Shown here piece after piece: positions 17,963-26,459 of a stretch of 29,419 nucleotides of DNA. This DNA is from Clostridia bacterium (GTDB lineage Bacteria; Bacillota; Clostridia; Christensenellales; Aristaeellaceae): positions 1-29,419 of the forward strand of contig JAUNDF010000021.1 in the NCBI GenBank assembly GCA_030526225.1, written 5' to 3'. The notes beneath the pieces were generated by a model, which did no database searches, was not told the origin of the DNA, and was given only the letters and a program-made list of their open reading frames with translations. The translations under genes and the position numbers were made by a program. The stretch's first letter is position 1. Each line of letters opens with the position of its first letter.

Positions 17963-19323
17963 TCAATTGGTGCCGAATACAATCAGCATCAGCTCATAAT
18001 CCGGCAGCTCGCGGATTTGGGCAAGGTTTTCATCCACCCATGCGATTCTGTCCCTGGTCCACTGCTTGATGGTCGCCACCTCGCCGTCGTAGGTGGCGTT
18101 TTCATCCAGCACATACGTGGGCGGGATTTCCTCCAGCTCGCCGTTCATGTAGGCGGTCAAATCGATTTCCTGCGGATTCAGGATGGTCTTGATGACGGGC
18201 CAGATGCTGTAGTTCAGCGCCTGTGCCGCGTACTGCTTTTGACTGAGCTCGTCAATCAGCCCGCCGTCTGAAGACGCATCGGTGAGGATGGCCTTCAGCA
18301 CCTGCCAGCGCTCCAGCACAAGCTGCAGGAAGGCGTCATCCGCCAGCAGCCTCTGCAGCCAGCTATTGTTCAGGCTGGTCAGCTGGAAGCCCTCGCTGTC
18401 CTCGTTCAGTGCACCCCAGGGGCAGTAGTCGAAATCCCACAGGGGCCGAAGAACAGCTTGCTGTCCTTTGTCTTGTAGAAATAATTGTTGCCGCCGCTGA
18501 TGCCGTCGGAATTTTTGGTGACCATCTGCATCAGGAAATAATCGGCGGCGCTGGTCACATCCATGTACTCCGAGTAGTGCACGCCGTCGGCATCGCACCA
18601 TGTGCCGCTCATCAACGCTTCATCCAGCCGGCGGATAAAATCAGCTGTGTCGGCCTTTACATCATCGGCAACATCGCTCTCAAAGCACAGGGATACCTGG
18701 CTGGGAAGATTGATATCGCCGGTCACGCTCAGGCTGAGCATGCAGGCACCGTCATCCTCATCCAGATCGATGGAATTGCCGGCAATGCGCACCTGATTGC
18801 CCAGCTCGTACACGCCCAGATATTTGCCGTTCATCATCAGATTCACCGGCACCATTTTGGGGGTATAGGGCAGGCCCAGCTGCTGAGCGATGCGGTAGGT
18901 CAGCTCGTTGCGCATCATGGTGGGGTCAAGGGCGTTGGCCAAAAGCACCCAGTGCTTGCCCTTGCCCATGCCCAGCAGATTGGCGCCCTTTTCCAGCTTG
19001 AATTTGTAGGGCTTCTTGTCCTGCTTCCAGGTGGAATTGCCGCGGCCGCGGATGTACGACAGGGTGTAGGCGGTCTCCGCAGGCTGATTGCACCCGTAGG
19101 CGTTGGTGTACCCATCGGGCAGGGTGATGGTCACCGTGCCGGTGCAGGTTGTTTTGTGGTCAGGGTCGCTGTGCATGGCATCGATGCCGTCCTCATTCAG
19201 GCTCAGGGATACCAGCGGAATGCCCGTCTCCAGCAGTTTTTCGGGGGTGATGTCCTCCGCACCCAGCGCGATGCAGGGAAGCATCACCAGCAGGGCCAGA
19301 AGCCAAATCAGTTTCTTCATCAT
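17963..19323 (-). pseudogene. cotH: CotH-family protein (secreted, with signal peptide) carrying a 1-nt frameshift in a G4/C4 run at 18442-18445
   Basis: AAGGAG lies 5 nt upstream of ATG 19323. The signal peptide is MMKKLIWLLALLVMLPCIALG. CotH signatures are NSTWKQDKKPYKFKL, KHWVLLANALDPTMMRNELTYRIA, VNLMMNGKYLGVYELGNQVR and GGNNYFYKTKDSKLFFGP. The text continues in another frame as LWDFDYCPWGALNE... to the TGA at 17963. Restoring ggcccCctgtgg (C5 instead of C4) joins the frames. The length of 1361 nt is 3n-1. Confidence 0.8.
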
Positions 19324-19495
19324 GGCTGCTCCTTTTTTGAAATGCAATGGTATCATTATACCCGGAACAGGGGAAGTGTGCAACAAAGGGATGCAAAGCC
19401 CAGGGAAGGCATGTGTACCGGCATGCAGGAAGAAATGATATCCTCTGCTGTTTGCAGCCAACGCAAACAATCCGGGACATATAAATAATGAATTG

Positions 19496-19654
19496 AAATG
19501 TAAGACTATCTATGCTACAGTAATAGTAAATCCAAAGAAGTCGGGTGTAAACGATGAAGGAAATGCTGATAAAAAAGAGAATTTCTTTCCAAAGAAAATG
19601 GCGCTTAATAAACTGGGCGTTAAGCAGATAACAGCAATTATTCAACGAGTGTGA
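19496..19654 (+). pseudogene. 3' remnant of a gene; its last ~23 codons are a diverged copy of the 3' end of the 19722..21227 gene
   Basis: The frame-2 stretch ..NADKKENFFPKKMALNKLGVKQITAIIQRV ends in TGA TAA. The second copy reads ..RRIKYFFPKKMALNKLGVKEIIAFLQRK, also ending TGA TAA. There is no start codon or RBS, and the frame opens right after a TGA at 19493. Confidence 0.4.
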
Positions 19655-19762
19655 TAACAATCAGGTGTTTTGTGAACGCTGTCCTGATGAACGCACAATC
19701 TATCGCAACGAGGTGAATTACATGGGCAATTATCCGCAAACACAGCAGAAAGCTGTTGAACT
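19581..19762. repeat. direct repeat, copy 1 (182 bp, roughly 90 percent identical to copy 2, no indels)
   Basis: atttctttccaaagaaaatggcgcttaataaactgggcgttaag ... caatcaggtgttttgtgaacgc.gtcctgatgaacgcacaatctatcgcaacgaggtgaatta.atgggcaattatccgcaaacacagcagaaagctgttgaact recurs exactly 1573 bp downstream. The repeat spans a gene 3' end, the TGA-TAA stops, the spacer, the RBS and the first 14 codons of the next gene. Confidence 0.9.
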
Positions 19763-21227
19763 CTGCCAGTCCATTCGGCAGAGGCTTGATGAAATCAGAG
19801 CAACTCACATACAGTATAAAAACCGACTTGCCCAGCTTTCAACCACAGCAACGAAAAAGAGCAGAAAAGCTTTATGGTTCACATTGCTCGGCGTATTTTT
19901 AACCGAATTTGTATTTATAATATTCAATATAAGCTTCCTTCTGCTTTTTTGGCTTGAAATTGCGATTGTTGTTATCGGCATTGTAGCAGGTCGGATAGAA
20001 AAGAAAGCAATCGCCAATAAAGAAATCGAATGCATGGTTCAATAGATTCAGCTTCAGAAAGAGAAAGATAAACTTGAAGAGGAATTCCGGGCATGGTCAA
20101 AATGCGAGGATATCCTTTCCCGCTATATGCCGGTCGATGGACAGATTACCGGATAGTCTGTTCATTTTTGGGATGTTTTGCTTGGTCTCGCTGACGGTAT
20201 CAAAGCAGACATATCCAAAGCCTCCCAGCGGAACAATGTCGATAACGACTCAGAATTCGTTTGGAATACACTGCAGCGCATTCGGTTGGCTCCTGTTCTA
20301 AATGCATACCGAAAGGAACGAGTGGAGGCTAAAAAGCAAATTTCGGCTTAGCAACACAATCAGTCGGTTTCTGCGGACACCAGTCAGAAGGAAAGCTCAA
20401 CTGCGGAAAACTCAGCAGCTGATAATGGCGGCAATGAAGCATGTGGCAATGAGAACCCCGGAAGCCAGGTATCAACGTATATTCGAACATTATATGCTTA
20501 GGCTGTACCTGACTATCATGACCAAAGAGAATACTTTAAGTTCCTTTATTCAAAAAATGGCATAGGATTTATTGTAGATTACGAGTACTATAACGGATAT
20601 GCGTCTTTTTCTGCTTTATAGGTACCGGATTTATCATTGAGCAATGATGAACTGCTTGTATATGAATATGAACATAGGGTTTTTTACAGCAACATAGGAG
20701 TTGTTCAAGACGATTATCAGAGCGTCATTGGTCATTTGCCATTATGCGAACAATACATCGTAAAAGCCGATCGTTCGCAAATGAACATACAGACCATTCT
20801 CCTGTTGCTAAAAGCGTATGAATTGTCGGGGAAATCCTTATTCCCATGTCATAACAGCGCTGCACCGCAAAAATCCAATGAAAATCAACAGCAAAAGCCA
20901 ATCAATTTGAAGGGTATGATACAAGTGCAATACTCCCGTACTGCTGTCGGTATGGGTGATGAGTACATGATGGGCATTTACACCATCACGCTGCCAGAAT
21001 CTGCTACTTTAAGCGACCTGATTAATACAGCACTGGACGGCGGGCACGGAAATGACTGGCCAATTGCGCATGTAGTAGGTGACCCGGAGTGGCTTATTGA
21101 GTCTGATCGGGGGACGCTTGCCAGTGTCAGAGCGACAAGCCGTAGAATAAAGTATTTCTTTCCAAAGAAAATGGCGCTTAATAAACTGGGCGTTAAGGAG
21201 ATAATAGCATTTCTGCAACGAAAGTGA
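19722..21227 (+). CDS. hypothetical membrane-anchored protein (501 aa) whose frame contains five in-frame TAG codons
   Basis: GAGGTG lies 6 nt upstream of ATG 19722. The frame has TAG at 20043, 20154, 20349, 20499 and 20619, and no TAA or TGA until the TGA-TAA at 21225-21230. The N-terminus has two hydrophobic helices (ALWFTLLGVFLTEFVFIIFNISFLLLFWLEIAIVVIGIVAG). A coiled-coil-like stretch (QLQKEKDKLEEEF) and a low-complexity linker follow. A C-terminal ~100-aa domain (MIQVQYSRTAVGMGDEYMMGIYTITLPESATLSDLI..) is homologous to the ORF starting at 29309. The standard-code pieces are 19665..20045 and 20637..21227. Confidence 0.65.
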
Positions 21228-21335
21228 TAACAATCAGGTGTTTTGTGAACGCCGTCCTGATGAACGCACAATCTATCGCAACGAGGTGAATTATATGGGC
21301 AATTATCCGCAAACACAGCAGAAAGCTGTTGAACT
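21154..21335. repeat. direct repeat, copy 2
   Basis: This is the same 182-bp unit as 19581..19762, offset by 1573 bp. Similarity stops at 21335/19762. Confidence 0.9.
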
Positions 21336-21342
21336 TTGGTGA
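21295..21342 (+). pseudogene. truncated duplicate of the first 14 codons of the 19722 gene (MGNYPQTQQKAVEL), ending at TGA 21340
   Basis: It has the same RBS and the same ATG context as 19722. The repeat ends after codon 14 and a TGA follows two codons later. Confidence 0.6.
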
Positions 21343-21402
21343 GCTGTCAATCACAAATTTTATTAGATTCCGGTATCAAAGCGCGGCAGAGCCCTGGCAT
21401 GC

Positions 21403-22011
21403 ATGCTGCTGAGCCATATAGGCATAACCGAAGTGAAGCAAGAGCAGCCAAAGCAAAAAACAACTGAAGAATTATAGGTACTGGGTTGTCAATAGGTATA
21501 TCGTAATCTTGTAGAAACCCTTGAGCAAGCAACTCAAGTTTCCGAAGGAAATCTGGCCATGTTGGTTGAAGAACAACTGGTAAAAGATAACGGCCAGACA
21601 ATGACCATTGACGAAATTATGAAACTCACACCATAGGCTAAAGCTCAAAAGGCTGCAAAGGAACTGAAAGCAAGAGAGGAAAGGAAACAAAAACTGTCAG
21701 AGATGCTGGAAAAAATGACAGTGATTGCTGAACGGGCTGACTTTTCCTTCAGCCATGATAGGGCAATAAAGCCGGATGGGCTGCGGTTTGCAGCCAGGTT
21801 TGAAGGTTGTGGCCGTGGCCATGAAGAAACGTATTTAGGCTATGTGCTTAAAGAGGGAATGTATTATTTTTATGAAGAGGACATTGCGCCGTCGGCAGGT
21901 TACTTTACATGGATTGTGTTGACCGTACCGGCATCAGCAATCAGCAACAAGGACGAGCTGAGGATATTGTGCGTTATTTTGGAGAAAAAGAGATTCCCAA
22001 GTCGTTGGTGA
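21403..22011 (+). CDS. hypothetical protein; the frame contains three in-frame TAGs; the start is uncertain
   Basis: Frame 1 is free of TAA/TGA from 21343 to the TGA at 22009-22011 (223 codons) but holds TAG at 21364, 21475, 21493 and 21634. Candidate starts are ATG 21403 (no clear RBS), ATG 21559 (GAAGGA 9 nt upstream) or ATG 21703 (the standard-code ORF). A terminator hairpin directly follows the TGA. Confidence 0.45.
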
Positions 22012-22015
22012 TTTG

Positions 22016-22043
22016 AGACCGGGAGCAGTCCCGGTCTTCTTGT
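22016..22043 (+). terminator. rho-independent terminator
   Basis: agaccggga (22016-22024) pairs with tcccggtct (22029-22037) across a 4-nt loop. tcttgt follows. Confidence 0.6.
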
Positions 22044-22094
22044 ATATCCAAAACCCAACGCTAGATGTGGGGGGAAGAATTTTGGGGTGATTTG

Positions 22095-22103
22095 TGGTAT
22101 AAT
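22095..22103 (+). promoter_or_regulatory. extended -10 element TGgTATAAT upstream of the 22177 gene
   Basis: tggtataat is at 22095-22103, about 75 nt upstream of the ATG. There is no convincing -35. Confidence 0.45.
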
Positions 22104-22176
22104 CATGTTGATATATGTAGCTGGTTCTGTTCTAAATAGTTTTTGAACAATCAGAAGAATATGAAAGGAGAACAAT

Positions 22177-24606
22177 ATGACCGATAAGTTCCTTTCCACT
22201 TTTAATGCAATCTCTGTGCCTTCTGAAAAAATATGGGATTCCGTTTTGAATACTACCGACATGCACTTTTCATCGGATAGCTGGGCCGGTGAAACGGAAG
22301 ACATGCGGCTGGAATGTGATGCTGCGGTGCTCAAGCCCGGTGCTGAAGTGGGACAATCTATCATTCCGTATTTTGGTGCTGATGCAAATCGGTTCTTTGA
22401 AGTGTTTCCGGTTTAGTCTCCTGATTCTGCTGCGGGTAGTGCTAATGTTGCCGCTGCAGAGGATTATGCGGACTGGCTGGATGTGAGTGTGGCTGCATCC
22501 AGCGGGCTGATTGCCGGAATCGTTGATGTGCTGTTTGTTGGCGAATTCTCACTTGACCGTGCAAAGGAATACGGCGAAAAGGATGTCAATAACCTTGTCA
22601 TCAAAACAGCACAGAAATTCGGCTATGACGGAAATAATATCAAGGACGCCATAGAATGTCTGGAGAAGAAGTTTCCATTTAATTCCGATCGTTTGGTGAA
22701 TGAATTTGGCGGAGCGAAACAGCATCACTTATGGGATTTTTCACACCATTTCAGTGTGCTTGGTTTGCTGTGTGCCATCCTGACGCAGTTTACAGGGAAA
22801 GTATTTGGTACCAACAAGGATGGTATATTTATTGTAAGAGAGGTTCCGGATTATCAGATTAAGGGAAAAAACTTTGTTGAAAAAATCCTTTTCGGAACAG
22901 TCAATTGGTTCTTTCATATGGTGAGTGACATGGCAGGGTCTAGTCAGTGCATTGGGCGCGGCACAGGCATTCCCGGTCCGATTGTATCACTGCTGAAATC
23001 TGTTTCTTCTCTGCCGTTTTTCAGGAACAAAAAAATCGGAGAAACTGAGTTCCATACATGGGTGTCAAAGTTATTTAACGGGACACTTCTGGCAAAACGA
23101 AACGCAGACAACAAAATCACAGAATCCATGCCTTTTGACCTGAGAACGGAAATCGGTATTCTACATGAAGGCAGCAGGCAATTGGTTCCCGTATTGATTA
23201 ACGAAGCCATCGTCCGCGGCGTTTACTGCATTCGCCGTTTGTGCCGCGAAATTGAGCAGAAGGATATTCACTCCATTGCTGACCTTGGCAGAATTGACGC
23301 GGAAAAGGTTCTGCCCTTCAACACGCCTGCCATTAAGAGAATGTGTACCATTGCATCCGGTGTGTTCTGCGTGGTTGATTCGGTTGATGCGCTGGTTCAC
23401 TCCTTGGTCGAAAGAAAAGTATCCACATTCTTCCTGCATTTGAATTTTGTTGGTGTGGCAAGATTTGTTTTGGCCATCGGGGATGATTACACTGCATTCC
23501 TGCAGGAAACACAGATCGAACGTGAGAAATCAGAATATAGAAGCTATCGGTTTGAGCGGGAAGTGGCTAAACTTGATTGGTTTGAACTGGATGCTGAACA
23601 AACGCAGCTGCTGTATTCCCTTGAACGGCTGGTATGCCTGCACGATGCCAATAATACAAAAGACGAAAAGAAAAAAGCACAGAAAATCAAATGGCTTCAT
23701 GCATGGGAGGAAAGTGCAGTCAGGAGTCTGCGCTTAGCGCCCGGAGAAGAGCAGCATTACTTCCTTGACGATGAGGAACTGTTCAGAAGATTTTCGTCAG
23801 AGAAAAACGAGAAGACCGCTCGAATGCTGATAACATTAGAAGCAGTCACCTTCAAACCTTATTTCCCGACAAATGAAGATGAAATCGCTGCATGCAAAGA
23901 ACTGAAGCTGGAACATCGTTTTATGGATACAATCTTTCTGCAGCGGCAGCATGCTGTTCAGAGAAAAGAACTGAATGATATTAAGAATGCTTATCAGTGG
24001 TACTATGATGCTTATTCCGGGACAATCCGCAATCGTTGGCTGATTGGAATCGGCACGGCTGCCGCAACTGCGTTGACTGCCGGTGTCGCACTGCATTTTG
24101 CTCCGGCAATTGCCGTTGCTCTTGTGGGAAAGGGTGCAGCTGCTTTATCGGGTGCAGCCTTGACAAGCTTTAGCCTCGCAGCCATTGGTGGCGGTGCGAT
24201 AGCAGCCGGTGGACTGGGAATGGCTGGCGGCACGATGATTATTGCCGGTGGCGGTGCGATTGTTGGATTGCTTGGCGGTGCAACGCTCACGTCTGCGGCT
24301 TCCATGCTGCTGCTCGAGGCAGATGGATATGTGTTGAATGAATGTGCCAAGCTGCTCAGCTACAGCGAGAAGGTGCTTGTATATGAACCCAATGCCGGTG
24401 AGAGAATCAATGCCCTGGCCAACACCATCAGTACCCGACTTGATACCATTAAACAGCGTTTGAACGTTTAGAGAAAGGAATTGTTGAATACGAAAGAGCA
24501 GCAGGCGCGGAAAAAGCAGGAAGACCGCATCAAAACCATTGAAAAAAGCATCGGCTACCTGCAGGAGACGGCCAAAAAGCTGGGTGAGCTGGCAAGGAGA
24601 AGTTGA
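22177..24606 (+). CDS. large hypothetical protein (809 aa) with a C-terminal Gly/Ala-rich (glycine-zipper-like) membrane segment; two in-frame TAGs
   Basis: AAAGGAG lies 6 nt upstream of ATG 22177. TAG 22414-22416 joins the same-frame ORFs 22177..22416 and 22483..24471 (..FEVFPV*SPDSAAGSANVAAAEDYADWLDVSVAASSG..). TAG 24469-24471 is followed by 44 more in-frame codons of helical text (RKELLNTKEQQARKKQEDRIKTIEKSIGYLQETAKKLGELARRS) up to TGA 24604-24606. A strong terminator follows 38 nt later. The C-terminal region IGIGTAAATALTAGVALHFAPAIAVALVGKGAAALSGAALTSFSLAAIGGGAIAAGGLGMAGGTMIIAGGGAIVGLLGG is predicted membrane-inserting. I recognised no family. Confidence 0.7.
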
Positions 24607-24643
24607 GAAAAACAGTACGTAAAGAAAAAATCATATTAACCCA

Positions 24644-24686
24644 AAAGGCTGCGGGGAGTTTTTCTTCCGCAGCCTTTGCTTTATTT
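24644..24686 (+). terminator. rho-independent terminator
   Basis: A perfect 11-bp stem, aaaggctgcgg (24644-24654) with ccgcagccttt (24667-24677), has a 12-nt loop and the tail gctttattt. Confidence 0.75.
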
Positions 24687-24947
24687 GAAGTCGAAGTGGC
24701 GGGATTCGAAGCGAATGTCATATCTGGTTTCAAAGACGGCCACATTAAACTAGGTGTAACTGCAGAAATGACTTCGATGGTGATTTGACCCTGAAAACAA
24801 TTGCATGAAACTACATTCTATTGGTGTTGGGGTGTATTCCTTATACCCCAGTCGATTCCCGCACACTTTTTTGGAATTGGGGTATAATTTGAGAGCGTTC
24901 AGAGCAGTTTTCTTCGTTTCATTATGCATGAAAACGGAGGATAACAT

Positions 24948-25367
24948 ATGCATAATTATGACAACAAACGGCTTCCTGCTGTGATTCAGGACACCGAGAA
25001 TGGGATAACTTACATTCTCAATGGCGACTACTATTTCCCCTTGCTCTGTGATGAGGAGGACGATGAACCGCTTGGACGCTGGGGTTGGATTCGCATGCAG
25101 CATCTGATGGAGAACCATCCCGGTCGCTACTCGTATCTGCTTCTGTCCGGCCAATTGTTCCCACACCTGCGTGAAGTCGAGGAACAGGCCGAGCGTCGGT
25201 TTGATGTGTTGATGGCACAGTTCAAAGTAGCTTTGGGTATCACAGAGAAGCTGAAGGCTGCTGATCAGCTGCGTTGGGTACAGCTGATGAATTCCGCACG
25301 GCACGATGTGGAGGAAATCATCATGGACGAATTGATTTATGATGAAGGAGGGGCTGTGCATGGCTAA
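24948..25367 (+). CDS. tnpV: TnpV-like transposon-encoded protein
   Basis: A GGAGG RBS is present. The 139-aa product has the C-terminal signature GITEKLKAADQLRWVQLMNSARHDVEEIIMDELIY. I recognise this from the TnpV family of clostridial Tn4451-type and related elements, from memory and without a search. Stop is TAA. Confidence 0.7.
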   Translation: MHNYDNKRLPAVIQDTENGITYILNGDYYFPLLCDEEDDEPLGRWGWIRMQHLMENHPGRYSYLLLSGQLFPHLREVEEQAERRFDVLMAQFKVALGITEKLKAADQLRWVQLMNSARHDVEEIIMDELIYDEGGAVHG

Positions 25368-25665
25368 GAAGGTAAACAAACCTGTTGACGAGCAGAATAT
25401 CAACACGTCACATGAGCAGGATCCTGTTTGGGAGAATTGCGGGATGGATTTGAGTATGTATCCCCCTTGCATGAACGCCCAACAGTTGGCTGCTGTTCTG
25501 AAGACTCACGACAAAGCGGTGTATCGTGTCATTAAACGGCATGACTTTTTCCCCGGGTTTAAAGTGTTAGGAGCTGTTCGTATCAGCCGTGATGCCCTGA
25601 TTGACTGGATTGAGCTCCAGTGCAAGAAGCAGTTTGAAGAAGAGGAGGAAGAACAGGATGAATAA
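25360..25665 (+). CDS. helix-turn-helix DNA-binding protein (excisionase/MerR-like HTH) with an acidic tail
   Basis: GAAGGAGGGG lies 6 nt upstream of ATG 25360, which overlaps the TnpV stop. The HTH-like text is MNAQQLAAVLKTHDKAVYRVIKRHDFFPGFKVLGAVRISRDALIDWI. The tail is EEEEEEQDE. Stop is TAA. Confidence 0.65.
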   Translation: MAKKVNKPVDEQNINTSHEQDPVWENCGMDLSMYPPCMNAQQLAAVLKTHDKAVYRVIKRHDFFPGFKVLGAVRISRDALIDWIELQCKKQFEEEEEEQDE

Positions 25666-25876
25666 CCGTGAAACAAAGTTCATGGACGCTTCTGTGAGCG
25701 AGCCGGCTGTGTATACCATAAATGACATCAAGGATATCCTTCAAGTAAGCAGACCAACCGTCGATAAGCTTATTAAGCAGCATGAATTCCCCTGCTTCCT
25801 CTGGTGCGGCAAGTACAGGATTCCAAAGAAAGGTTTTGATGAATGGCTCCGACGGAAGGGAGCGGGCATGCGGTGA
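25658..25876 (+). CDS. excisionase-family helix-turn-helix protein
   Basis: GAGGAGGAAG lies 5 nt upstream of ATG 25658, which overlaps the previous stop. YTINDIKDILQVSRPTVDKLIKQHEFPCFLWCGKYRIPKKGFDEWL is typical of Xis-type HTH_17 proteins. Stop is TGA. Confidence 0.75.
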   Translation: MNNRETKFMDASVSEPAVYTINDIKDILQVSRPTVDKLIKQHEFPCFLWCGKYRIPKKGFDEWLRRKGAGMR

Positions 25877-25884
25877 TTTGTTTC

Positions 25885-26172
25885 ATGCTTAAGTTGACCA
25901 CACGGCTGGTAACTGCTCCGATGATGCTGATGGCTGGCATTATCTACATCATCGGCCATGTGGCAGCATCGCTTTCCTCCCTCGTCACCAATCTGGTGGG
26001 CACTGTTTTCCTCATCGGCTCCTTCTGCTCCTGGCGGATGGGTGTCAACACCGATACCGTTGCACTGATGGTTGTTACCGGCGTGGTTGTCCTGCTGCTT
26101 CCGATGATTGTGAAGGGCCTGCTGTATGCCGGGCTGAAGCTGATAGGGCTGCTGGCAGGATTGGTTCATTGA
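25885..26172 (+). CDS. small hydrophobic membrane protein (about 95 aa, 3 predicted helices)
   Basis: MLKLTTRLVTAPMMLMAGIIYIIGHVAASLSSLVTNLVGTVFLIGSF...VALMVVTGVVVLLLPMIV. The start is uncertain (ATG 25885, GTG 25873 or ATG 25843). Stop is TGA. Confidence 0.55.
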   Translation: MLKLTTRLVTAPMMLMAGIIYIIGHVAASLSSLVTNLVGTVFLIGSFCSWRMGVNTDTVALMVVTGVVVLLLPMIVKGLLYAGLKLIGLLAGLVH

Positions 26173-26187
26173 TTCCTGATAAGATCA

Positions 26188-26277
26188 GGGGTGTGGTCAC
26201 CATGGCCACACCCCTGTGGCCGCCATGGCCACGCTACTGGGGCCACCATGGCACCACCCCGGGGCTATCATAGCCCC
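26188..26277. repeat. GC-rich patch with three CCATGGC(C/A)C motifs about 23-24 bp apart and two inverted repeats
   Basis: The motifs are ccatggccac at 26200, ccatggccac at 26223 and ccatggcac at 26247. One hairpin is ggggtgtgg (26188-26196) with ccacacccc (26206-26214). A perfect palindrome, ggggctat-c-atagcccc, is at 26261-26277. The patch stands out from the surrounding AT-rich DNA. Confidence 0.5.
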
Positions 26278-26410
26278 ACCTCTGGTGTTTTCATGATAAC
26301 GAAATCATTTGAACTCAAATGCAAAAGTTCAGGTCAGTGAAAAAGCCAAGGACGGCTATATGGTTTCCTGAAAGAGCGTGTTTGTTTGGGCCGAAGCAGG
26401 CGTAACACTA

Positions 26411-26446
26411 AAAGTGCTGTATCGAATAGTATCGGTACAGCACTTT
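26411..26446 (-). terminator. strong hairpin terminator after the 26460..27428 gene
   Basis: A stem of about 15 bp is formed by aaagtgctgtatcga (26411-26425) and tcggtacagcacttt (26432-26446), with one G-U pair and a 6-nt loop. It lies 13 nt beyond the TAA at 26460-26462. Confidence 0.65.
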
Positions 26447-26459
26447 CGATTGTGTAGGC

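Noticed and set aside
19193-19660. 155-aa minus-strand ORF spanning the island boundary (and its counterpart 21009..21233)
   Set aside because: It crosses the CotH start and promoter and the AT-rich repeat. It recurs at 21009..21233 only because it lies on the reverse strand of the 182-bp repeat. It has no RBS, and its text looks non-coding.
20074-20565. Frame-1 ORFs 20074..20301 and 20302..20565 as real small genes filling the gap between 20045 and 20637
   Set aside because: They have no RBS and their translations look non-coding. Frame 3 across the same span has no TAA or TGA, reads like protein and is continuous with the flanking ORFs through TAG codons only.
6262-24471. The in-frame TAGs as sequencing or assembly substitution errors
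   Set aside because: The assembly does appear to have homopolymer indels. Substitution errors, though, would not produce TAG 16 or more times without ever producing TAA or TGA, and would not place every genuine gene end on TAA or TGA.
24607-24947. Searched the non-coding gaps (22012-22176, 24607-24947, 26173-26459, 27429-27678, 28882-29308) for a tRNA (especially one with a CUA anticodon) and for CRISPR repeats
   Set aside because: I found no cloverleaf-compatible sequence with a GTTCRANYC-type T-loop and no regularly spaced direct repeats. The three CCATGGC motifs are too short and too few to be a CRISPR array.
24750-25472. 240-aa minus-strand ORF
   Set aside because: It lies antisense to the TnpV and first HTH genes, which have RBSs, overlapping start/stop coupling and recognisable motifs. 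The minus-strand translation has none.
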